This document shows positions 31,828-39,504 of a stretch of 64,000 nt of DNA, in pieces. A program made the translations under genes and the position numbers. Under the pieces are notes generated by a model. That model was not told where the DNA came from. It saw only the letters and a program-made list of their open reading frames with translations, and did no database searches. The DNA is from Candidatus Latescibacterota bacterium (GTDB lineage Bacteria > Latescibacterota > UBA2968 > UBA8231). Numbering within the stretch: the first letter of the stretch is position 1; the number at the start of each line of letters is the position of its first letter. Where the stretch lies: NCBI GenBank assembly GCA_965203355.1, contig OZ241889.1, positions 2,848,001 through 2,912,000 of the forward strand, written 5' to 3'.

Positions 31828-34104
31828 TTAATCCTTCGCGATTTTGAGAAGACGCACACCAATGGTATAGCTGCGGGAATCGGGCGAGCGGAGGTGACGA
31901 TATGCCGACCGTACCCCGTCGATATGGCCGAAGTGGCCACCCCGGATGACGCGATTCAGGCCGGATGTAGGTCCCTGCGGGTCATTACGAACCGACCTAC
32001 TATAATACTCCTCGTCATACCAATCCTGAACCCACTCCCAAACATTCCCGTGCATGTCATATAGACCCCAAGGATTCGGCGACTTTTTACCTACCGCTTT
32101 TGCTCCGGTGGGAGAATTGTTGTCGTGATACCACGCATAATCCGCCAGCAGGCTTTCATCATCCCCAAACGACCACCGCGTATCTGTTCCCGCTCGACAC
32201 GCATACTCCCACTCCGCCTCCGTCGGAAGACGATACAATTCCTCGTCCGCTGCCGCATTTAGACGACCGATAAACTCCTGCACTTCATTCCAAGAGATAA
32301 TCACGGCCGGATGAGATGAGTCTGCCTTAACTAGGCTCCGACCAGACCAAGGCTCTTCACCCATCACCGACTTCCACTGTTCCTGCGTGACCTCGTATTT
32401 CCCCAACCAAAAACCACGACTAATCTCTACCTCATGGACTGGACTTTCGTCTCTTCGGCCTGTATCCGACCCCATCTGAAACACCCCTCGCTCGATCCAC
32501 ACAAACTCCATCTGTGCTCCTCCAGGAAGCCGCGAAACCGATACTTGGTCGTCCGTCTCTGTGCCATCGTCCACCACTTCGCCATCATCCGTCCCGGCGT
32601 TGCCTATATCAATTATATCAGAGCCGTCCACGTCCATCACGCGAATCGCAGAGTAGTTAGCTTCGCGCACCACGAAGGCGATCTGCTGGCCGTCCGATGA
32701 CAAGGAGGGGTAACTAGCACCGGTTGTTAGGTCCTGGAGATTGCCGCCATCTAAATCCATCGCGTAAATCGCAGAGTTAGGGCCGCTAGTGGTCGCAAAG
32801 ACGATCCGGCCATCTGGCAACCAAGAAGGAGGAGACGGGGCCGCCTTGTGATCGGTCAGGCGTTGGGGTTTGGGGGGTTTGTTCTCATCCAACAAATCAA
32901 TCACGTAAACCCCCCTACTCTTGTCGTCGCGCTCGGACACGAAGGCGATGTATCGACCGTCTGGCGACCAAGAAGGATAGTTATCCCTAGCCTCGTGATC
33001 GGTCAGGCGGTCGAGATTGTTCCTATCCGAATCCATCACGTAAATATCAAAGTTGCCAGCGCGATTGGACGCAAAAGCGATCTGACCATCTGGAGACCAA
33101 GAAGGATGATTATCCATAGCCTTGTGAGGGGCCAAGGGTTCGAGGTTCTTCCCATCCGAATCCATCACGTAAATATCAAAGCTGCCAGCGCGATTGGACG
33201 CAAAAGCGATCCGACGACCATCTGGAGACCAAGAAGGATGATTATCCGTAGCCTCCTTGCGAACGTTCAAGGAGTCGAGGTTCTGCCCATCCGAATCCAT
33301 CACGTAAATATCAAAGCTGCCAGCGCGATTGGACGCAAAGGCGATCCGACGACCATCTGGAGACCAAGAAGGATGCGTGTCCGAATACTTCAAGGCCGGT
33401 TTCCCGCTCACCATCGTCAACGGCTCCGCTTCCACTACCAACTCTACGGCTGCCATCCCCGCTCGAACCTCAAAAGCTGCATCCGTATAGGTCGTCAAGC
33501 CCTCGCCCGAAACAACGAGACCATATTCCCGTCCCACCGCGTCCGTGGACATAGTCGCCGCTGTCGAGGAAGTCGCCGCGATCCCCGCCTGCCCATCCAC
33601 GAGCACCATGCGCTGGGTCTGCTGCCCTCCACTCGTCGTCAACCGGTAGAAATACACCCCAGCCGCCATCGCCTGTCCCGCCGCATCGGTCGCGTCCCAT
33701 TTCGCCGTGTGAAAACCGGCCTGCTGCTCCGCGTCCACTAGCGTCGCAACATGCTGTCCCAACACGTTAAACACATCTAGCCGCACCTCGGTAGCCGCAG
33801 GCAGTTGATAAGGGATCACGGTCGAAGGATTGAAGGGGTTAGGGTAGTTATGTCCTAGGGCAAATCCCTGCGGCAAGGCCGCCCCGCCCAACGACGCCAG
33901 CGGCAGCGCGAAATACCCAGACTCGTCGGTCATCGCCCGTGCCACCGCGCCTTGATGCGAATCAGCTAAGTCAAACAGCGTTACTTGTGCCCCGGCCACT
34001 GGTCGCCCATCGGCAAGCCGCACCTGCCCGGAAACAGTGGATTGCTGCGCCATATTCGCTTGACAGAGTATCAAGCCCATCAGACATACCATTAAAAGCT
34101 TCAT
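31828..34104 (-). CDS. Secreted multidomain protein: carboxypeptidase-regulatory-like + T9SS-CTD/FlgD-Ig-like + PD40 (TolB-like) repeats + FGE-sulfatase (SUMF1) domain
   Basis: Signal peptide, VSGQV...G.PVAGA.V, NYPNPFNPST...GVYFYRL, repeated PSWSPDG..IAF, RLPTEAEWEYACRAG, NPWGLYDMHGNVWEW. Confidence 0.85.
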   Translation of the reverse strand: MKLLMVCLMGLILCQANMAQQSTVSGQVRLADGRPVAGAQVTLFDLADSHQGAVARAMTDESGYFALPLASLGGAALPQGFALGHNYPNPFNPSTVIPYQLPAATEVRLDVFNVLGQHVATLVDAEQQAGFHTAKWDATDAAGQAMAAGVYFYRLTTSGGQQTQRMVLVDGQAGIAATSSTAATMSTDAVGREYGLVVSGEGLTTYTDAAFEVRAGMAAVELVVEAEPLTMVSGKPALKYSDTHPSWSPDGRRIAFASNRAGSFDIYVMDSDGQNLDSLNVRKEATDNHPSWSPDGRRIAFASNRAGSFDIYVMDSDGKNLEPLAPHKAMDNHPSWSPDGQIAFASNRAGNFDIYVMDSDRNNLDRLTDHEARDNYPSWSPDGRYIAFVSERDDKSRGVYVIDLLDENKPPKPQRLTDHKAAPSPPSWLPDGRIVFATTSGPNSAIYAMDLDGGNLQDLTTGASYPSLSSDGQQIAFVVREANYSAIRVMDVDGSDIIDIGNAGTDDGEVVDDGTETDDQVSVSRLPGGAQMEFVWIERGVFQMGSDTGRRDESPVHEVEISRGFWLGKYEVTQEQWKSVMGEEPWSGRSLVKADSSHPAVIISWNEVQEFIGRLNAAADEELYRLPTEAEWEYACRAGTDTRWSFGDDESLLADYAWYHDNNSPTGAKAVGKKSPNPWGLYDMHGNVWEWVQDWYDEEYYSRSVRNDPQGPTSGLNRVIRGGHFGHIDGVRSAYRHLRSPDSRSYTIGVRLLKIAKD
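32960..33376. repeat. Near-identical 132-135 bp tandem repeats encoding PD40 blades
   Basis: TCTGGAGACCAAGAAGGATG recurs at 33089, 33221 and 33356 with nearly identical flanks. Confidence 0.85.
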
Positions 34105-34241
34105 AGAACAATCCCTTATCATTGTGAGATCAGAAATCGGCCTTTGGTTGGCGTGGTTCGTCGCTTTTTAAGGCCGTTTTGAAGGAACAGCAACCGGAAC
34201 GGGACTTCGCTGCGCCTCGCCATGCGGTGTTGTAGAACGTT

Positions 34242-34279
34242 AAGTCCCGGCCAGACCTACTCCTGCCCAGCCGGGACTT
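34242..34279. terminator. Stem-loop downstream of the 331-aa gene
   Basis: AAGTCCCGGC...GCCGGGACTT 10-bp inverted repeat; weak U tract. Confidence 0.45.
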
Positions 34280-34441
34280 ACCATCACACAGATTAATCGG
34301 CGAATGTCGCCTTGATACGGCCCCAAGAGGAAGCCTCAGTGGCAGCGGCAGAGACCGGCTACCATCACACAGATTAATCGGCGAATGTCGCCTTGATACG
34401 GCCCCAAGAGGAAGCCTCAGTGGCAGCGGCAGAGACCGGCT
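34280..34441. repeat. Exact 81-bp tandem duplication
   Basis: 34280-34360 is identical to 34361-34441; the unit covers the last ~21 codons and stop of the 331-aa gene. Confidence 0.95.
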
Positions 34442-35369
34442 TAGCCGCCGGCCGCCAATAAGGCGCAACATCAATCACATACTCATCCGGGTCATGCACG
34501 GCCGGCTGTAAAAGCCGAATACTGGTATAGTCGAACTCCGCATAAGGAAAACTTTCTCTACCCCCTAAGGATTTTGTAAGGCCCTGTTCATTTTGTTCCC
34601 CCACAAAAGTCAAATCCTCGTTTGGCAGAGTCGCCTCCTCAGATGTCTTCGCCCGAATTGTAAATGAAATAATGCGAGGAGCCACCATTATGTCATCATA
34701 GACTTCAACTGGACATCCCAGACAAGGAGCAGCGGGACCGGATCCAAACTCCGTCCGCGACGCTTGGAAACTGTCATGGACTTCAACCAAATCGCTGAAG
34801 ATAGCATACAATTCCTTGCGACAGCGCGGCCTATTATCATTACAGGCTCGATATTTTTGAGAGCCATTAGCATTCAATCCGTCCGGCTCGTATCCGTCGG
34901 TTTCGAAAAACGCTCTCAGGGTCTGTCGTGGATCACCAGGTAATGGTTCACCGTACTGGGGCCCCTCAAGGCCTAGAATGTTTTTGAAAAGCGAGTCCTC
35001 AGTAGTTTTAGCATAAGCCAAGGGAATCCAAGCTGGATACCAAGAGCTGGTACCATCGCCACGATTCCTTATATCCGCTTTTAAGAAAGCCTCAGCCGCT
35101 AAAATTCGCGCCGCATTGTCCCGCGCCACCTGAGCTAGTTGCGCTTCTCTTGCTGGGGTAAAATCGCGCTCGAACGTCGTCCAAAGTAAAGGATCGCGCC
35201 ACTTTACCATGTATTCCTCCACTTCCTCCGTCACTTCCTCGTCACCTATGGGATCCACCATATAGACAGCAACCGTTACCCAATCATCCTCTTGGGCGAA
35301 AGACACGTTCAAAGCGAACAACATGCTGAGAAATAGGGCAATCATTCGGCCCCCGTTAAGTATAGCCAT
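34374..35369 (-). CDS. Secreted hypothetical protein with C-terminal TEASSWGRIKATF motif
   Basis: GGAGG RBS, signal peptide ending VSFA-Q, C-terminal AAKPVSAAATEASSWGRIKATFAD. Confidence 0.75.
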   Translation of the reverse strand: MAILNGGRMIALFLSMLFALNVSFAQEDDWVTVAVYMVDPIGDEEVTEEVEEYMVKWRDPLLWTTFERDFTPAREAQLAQVARDNAARILAAEAFLKADIRNRGDGTSSWYPAWIPLAYAKTTEDSLFKNILGLEGPQYGEPLPGDPRQTLRAFFETDGYEPDGLNANGSQKYRACNDNRPRCRKELYAIFSDLVEVHDSFQASRTEFGSGPAAPCLGCPVEVYDDIMVAPRIISFTIRAKTSEEATLPNEDLTFVGEQNEQGLTKSLGGRESFPYAEFDYTSIRLLQPAVHDPDEYVIDVAPYWRPAAKPVSAAATEASSWGRIKATFAD

Positions 35370-35424
35370 GAAATAGGCCTCCTATATTATTGCCTGCCAA
35401 TCTGTTGACAGTATGTGATTGCCC

Positions 35425-35441
35425 GTTTCAATAATTGAAAC
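35425..35441. promoter_or_regulatory. Candidate operator palindrome
   Basis: GTTTCAAT-A-ATTGAAAC perfect 8-1-8 inverted repeat between divergent genes. Confidence 0.4.
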
Positions 35442-35750
35442 AGGCGCCGCAAGAAACGATATCCTGCATGAAATGAATCCGACCTTAAAGGCCAGATAGA
35501 CTGGGAATTGACTAATGCTGTTCAGCTATAAACCTCAATAAACCCTCCTTTCCAAGAGACATCTTAATACAATGGGTTGCGGGAGCTCACGTAGCTCAAA
35601 GCATCTGGTCCGCGAAAATGTCTGTTGAGACAATAAAAAAAGAAAAACATGTATATAAGTCAATCATAAATTTTCAATGATGCCTTATAATACCTGTTTT
35701 TATTTCAATAAATACAACAATTTAAAGAAAAATGGACTATTTAAGAGGTA

Positions 35751-36110
35751 ATGGTACCCGACATGGATACAGGTATAGATGTCAGGAATGAGGTCTGCTC
35801 CAGGGTGCAGCAGCTACGTCGCCAGACAGGAATAACCCAAGAAAAGCTGGCTGAACAGGCCGGACTTAGCGTGGACGGGATCCGAAAGATCGAGGGCCGG
35901 AGGGCAACGCCGAGCTTGGAAACGCTTTATAAAATTTCAAAAGCATTGCGGATACAGCTAGTGGACTTGATAAGATATGAAGGGGAAATGCAAACGGAAA
36001 AAGGCAGAGAACTGCAAGAATTTCTCATGTATCTAGCGACGAAAAAGCTGGCGGATATCAGACTGGCTAAGCGGATAACCAGAGCGGTGATGGAAGAACT
36101 AGGGGAATAA
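35751..36110 (+). CDS. XRE-family HTH transcriptional regulator
   Basis: LRRQTGITQEKLAEQAGLS...IEGRRATPSLETLYKISKAL. Confidence 0.88.
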   Translation: MVPDMDTGIDVRNEVCSRVQQLRRQTGITQEKLAEQAGLSVDGIRKIEGRRATPSLETLYKISKALRIQLVDLIRYEGEMQTEKGRELQEFLMYLATKKLADIRLAKRITRAVMEELGE

Positions 36111-36176
36111 CAAGAAGTCAGAAATAAGCGACTGTCGATGATAGAAATCGTCGGTATTCCCAACCAACTTCGCGTC

Positions 36177-36734
36177 CTATCTCCGCTCTAAGGCCGCGAA
36201 CGCGGGCTTTAGGGCCTGATAATCCGCCCCCAAACGGGCGAAGATGGCGGCCCACCGGTGCGGATAGGATGGATGGCTGTTATTGGGCAAAAAGCCCAAC
36301 TTGAGATAGCTGCGCAGTGCCGGGATGCGGAAATCGTCCGTCAGCAAGTATATGGGCCTAGCACCTAGCGCCTTGGCTTGGGCTACCGCCGCTGCTACGA
36401 TGAACTTGCCTAAGCCGTGCCCCTGAAAGGCTGGGTGGACCGCAACCCAACCAATCTCCCAACATGGCCGCAGTTCGCGGGTGCGGTCGTTACACCCTGC
36501 ACAAGCGACGATCGGCCCCTCGCACTCGACAAAAAGCAGGACCCGAGTTCCTGCCAAAACGTCCGCTAGCCGTTGTCGATCCCAATGACCTAGCTCGCCG
36601 TTAGCCTGCAATAGGGCTAACCAACCCTCCTCGTCGCCCGGCTGGTACGTCCGCAAGCGATAGCCGGCCATGGCTGGTACGTCCGGGGCTGTCTCGCGCC
36701 CATACCAGAGGATGAGCTGGGGCAAGCGACTCAA
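36177..36734 (-). CDS. GNAT-family N-acetyltransferase
   Basis: VAVHPAFQGHGLGK acetyl-CoA motif A, ALRSYLKLGF. Confidence 0.88.
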   Translation of the reverse strand: MSRLPQLILWYGRETAPDVPAMAGYRLRTYQPGDEEGWLALLQANGELGHWDRQRLADVLAGTRVLLFVECEGPIVACAGCNDRTRELRPCWEIGWVAVHPAFQGHGLGKFIVAAAVAQAKALGARPIYLLTDDFRIPALRSYLKLGFLPNNSHPSYPHRWAAIFARLGADYQALKPAFAALERR

Positions 36735-37141
36735 GCGCGACCTTCCCGACGGCGAAAGAGAGACGACTTAAACTGCTCCGGGCAATGGGGCTGAAGCACG
36801 ACGATTTCGCACTGGGGGAAGGCTTCGGCCAAGCCCTGTGGCCTTCTTTGGTCATAGCCGAGGGCAATAATGTGGGGCGCGATCTCGCCGACGATGCGCA
36901 AAAAGTTGCACCCCTCGTGGCCGAGGCGGACTTCGGTGACTTCGGGCAGTTTCGCCAGCGCGGCTTTGCGCTCTTCTTGGGATTGATCGGGATAGTGCCC
37001 CTTGATGCGTTGGACGTTGTCGTCGCGGGCGACCACGACGAACAGTTCGTCGCCCAGCGCAGCCGCCTGCGCGATGAAGGAGCGGTGACCTGGGTGCAGG
37101 TAATCAAAGGTGCCGCAGCACAATACGCGCGTTTTATTCAT
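36731..37141 (-). CDS. ribL: Archaeal RibL-type FAD synthase (cytidylyltransferase family)
   Basis: GTFDYLHPGH, LGDEL.VVVARD, IIALGYDQ, C-terminal C..KSS; 136 aa. Confidence 0.7.
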   Translation of the reverse strand: MNKTRVLCCGTFDYLHPGHRSFIAQAAALGDELFVVVARDDNVQRIKGHYPDQSQEERKAALAKLPEVTEVRLGHEGCNFLRIVGEIAPHIIALGYDQRRPQGLAEAFPQCEIVVLQPHCPEQFKSSLFRRREGRA

Positions 37142-37571
37142 CAGCGCGCCGAGCTATCCAATACTCGACACCGCGATCCTTGGCAAAAATGCGGCCAAAG
37201 CGGTCGGCGTCGGCGCGGTTGGCGAAATAGCCGATCCGCACCCGCACGCCAGCATCGCTTTGCAGGCTATAGGCCGTATAACCCTCGTCCTTCAAGGCAC
37301 GCACCTTCTGATCGGCGCGTTTCGCATCCCGAAAGACGCCGACTTGAATGGTGAATGGGCCGTCGGGATCGAAAAATACAGGGCTAACATCGCTGGTATC
37401 GCTGGTATCGCTGGTACTGGCTGGGGTCGACGCGGAGTCCGTTGGCGTTAAGATGACTATTTCACTGCGGCCAGCGGGTTTGGATTCGGGAACATCGCTG
37501 TCGGCGCACCCCCCGATCCAGAGAACGGTCCAAGCGAGCATCCACAGCCAACTGGGATTCGCCGTGCTCAA
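37134..37571 (-). CDS. SPOR-domain lipoprotein
   Basis: Lipobox-like IGGC, S/T linker, FTIQVGVF...RVRIGYFANRADA. Confidence 0.8.
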   Translation of the reverse strand: MSTANPSWLWMLAWTVLWIGGCADSDVPESKPAGRSEIVILTPTDSASTPASTSDTSDTSDVSPVFFDPDGPFTIQVGVFRDAKRADQKVRALKDEGYTAYSLQSDAGVRVRIGYFANRADADRFGRIFAKDRGVEYWIARRADE

Positions 37572-38857
37572 TGTACAGCCTTGAGTGCATCAAAGTGAAT
37601 GCGGAGCGTTTCTTCAATGTCCCCTTCTTTGTGGACGAGCGAGGGAAACATGCACTCGTATTGGGAGGGCGCTAGATAGAGGCCCTGCTCTAGACAGGCC
37701 CAGAAATAGTGCTTAAAGCGCGTCAGATCAACCGTTTCGACGCTGGCAAAATTCACCACCGGGCACGAAGTAAAAAACATGCAGAGCATGGCACCAACTC
37801 GGTTTAGCGCGTAGTTCAAGCCTAATTTTTGTAGGTTGTCGGCCATGCCAGCCGCCAAGGCGGCGCAGCGGCTCTCCAGCGTTTCATAGACGCCGGGTTC
37901 GGCCAACATGTTTAATTGCTCTAAGCCCGCGGCCATGGCGAGCGGATTACCCGATAAAGTGCCGGCCTGCGAGACCTTGATGCCCAGCGGCGACACGTTT
38001 TCCATGATCTCTCGCTTGCCGCCGTACGCCGCGGCCGGCAAGCCACCACCGACGATCTTGCCCAAACACGTCAGGTCGGGCATCACGCCATAGCGCTCTT
38101 GCGCCCCACCACGGCCGACGCGGAATCCCGTAATGACCTCATCGAAGATGAGGACAATTCCCTCTTCGTCGGCTATTTGGCGCAGCGCGGGGAGGAACCC
38201 CTCGCGCGGCGGCACGGTTCCCATATTGCCGGCCACGGGTTCGACGATAATCGCGGCGATCTGGCCGCTGTTTTCCCGCACGGCCACGCGCACGGCATCC
38301 GCGTCGTTATACGGCAGCGTCAAGGTCGAATCCACCACGCTTTGCGGCACACCTGGACTTGTGGGAACGCCTAAGGTCAGGGCCGAAGATCCTGCCTCGC
38401 TCAAGAAGCTGTCCCCATGCCCGTGCCAGCAGCCCTCGAATTTGGCGATCTTGTCCCGGCCGGTATGGCCGCGAGCCAAGCGCACCGCCGCCATCGTGGC
38501 TTCGGTCCCCGAACTGACCATCCGCACCATCTCGATGGAGGGCACCATCGCCACAATGCGCTCGGCCAGCGCGATTTCCAGTTCGGTTGGGGCACCAAAA
38601 CTGGTCCCCTTTGCACAGGCTGCCTGCACGGCTTTTACGACGCGAGGATGGGCATGGCCGAAAATGAGTGGCCCCCAAGAGCACACGTAGTCAATGTATT
38701 CGCGGCCATCAATGTCAAAAATCCGCGAACCAACTCCTCGCTCAATAAAGCGAGGACCACCACCCACTGCGCCAAAAGCTCGCGCCGGACTGTTCACGCC
38801 CCCGGGCATGACCTGCTGTGCTTGGGCAAAAGCGGCGGCGGATCTAGGTGCTGGCAT
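37568..38857 (-). CDS. hemL: Glutamate-1-semialdehyde 2,1-aminomutase
   Basis: MPGGVNSP.RAF, SWGP, SGTEA, DEVITGFR, GKIVGGGLP, QAGTLSGNP. Confidence 0.96.
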   Translation of the reverse strand: MPAPRSAAAFAQAQQVMPGGVNSPARAFGAVGGGPRFIERGVGSRIFDIDGREYIDYVCSWGPLIFGHAHPRVVKAVQAACAKGTSFGAPTELEIALAERIVAMVPSIEMVRMVSSGTEATMAAVRLARGHTGRDKIAKFEGCWHGHGDSFLSEAGSSALTLGVPTSPGVPQSVVDSTLTLPYNDADAVRVAVRENSGQIAAIIVEPVAGNMGTVPPREGFLPALRQIADEEGIVLIFDEVITGFRVGRGGAQERYGVMPDLTCLGKIVGGGLPAAAYGGKREIMENVSPLGIKVSQAGTLSGNPLAMAAGLEQLNMLAEPGVYETLESRCAALAAGMADNLQKLGLNYALNRVGAMLCMFFTSCPVVNFASVETVDLTRFKHYFWACLEQGLYLAPSQYECMFPSLVHKEGDIEETLRIHFDALKAVH

Positions 38858-38904
38858 GAGTCTATATCCACTTAATACGCGAATCCGAGCGACGGAACAA
38901 AGAA

Positions 38905-39426
38905 TTAGTCGTCGTAATCGTCATCGTCGTAATCATCGTCGTAATCGTCGTCGTGATCATCGTCGTCGTAATCGTCATCGTCGTAATCATCATCGTAATC
39001 ATCATCGTGATCATCGTCATCGCGATCATCGTCGTAATCATCATCGTCGTAATCATCGTCATCGTAATCATCGTCATCGCGATCATCGTCGTAATCATCG
39101 TCGTGATCGTCGTCGTCATCATCACGACGAGCAGCATTGGCACACGCTGCCTCATAGATATATTTGCGGCCGGCAACCACCAAGGTATCAGAGAGTCTTA
39201 TCCAGCCCGATTCAATGGTGTAGCGGATCGGTATCGTTATCTGGAGTTCCGGGTTTGCGGTGCCGACTGTCTTGCCAGCAACCGCTAGATAGTTGACCCC
39301 GTTGATCGCTACAGTCTCCCAAGCCGCGTCAATTTGCGCTGGTGTAGTGCTCGTCGGCGGCTCTTCACCACAAGACCACAACATGCCAATGCTACCAAGC
39401 AAGCCCCAGCAAATGATCCTTTTCAT
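38905..39426 (-). CDS. Lipoprotein with poly-Asp C-terminal tail
   Basis: AAGGAG RBS, signal peptide with LWSC lipobox, 72-aa tail containing 57 Asp. Confidence 0.75.
   Translation of the reverse strand: MKRIICWGLLGSIGMLWSCGEEPPTSTTPAQIDAAWETVAINGVNYLAVAGKTVGTANPELQITIPIRYTIESGWIRLSDTLVVAGRKYIYEAACANAARRDDDDDDHDDDYDDDRDDDDYDDDDYDDDDYDDDRDDDDHDDDYDDDYDDDDYDDDDHDDDYDDDYDDDDYDD
38908..39123 (-). repeat. Degenerate (GAY)n trinucleotide repeat encoding D3-4[YHR]
   Basis: 216 nt of GAT/GAC codons interrupted by TAC, CAC and CGC. Confidence 0.9.
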
Positions 39427-39504
39427 TGGCTATCTCCTTTGGGTAAGAGGGGTGTCGTTAAACCTTATTATAAGGTAATACGTAATACCTCGCATGATTA
39501 AGGG

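Noticed and set aside
31828-32000. Diversity-generating retroelement target (FGE/C-type lectin C-terminus)
   Set aside because: No template repeat differing at adenines and no reverse transcriptase in the window; a remote template cannot be excluded.
34280-34441. CRISPR array
   Set aside because: Two contiguous 81-bp copies with no spacers and no cas genes.
35512-35552. Strong minus-strand RBS (AAAGGAGG) followed by TTG
   Set aside because: Yields only an 8-codon ORF; cannot separate a leader peptide or gene remnant from chance.
37389-37420. 9-bp ATCGCTGGT repeats
   Set aside because: Ordinary Ser-Asp-Thr low-complexity linker in the SPOR lipoprotein.
38694-39296. Arg/His-rich, Ile/Val-rich and Met/Thr-rich ORFs over the trinucleotide repeat
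   Set aside because: Alternative frames of the same repeat; only the Asp frame has an RBS and a lipoprotein signal.
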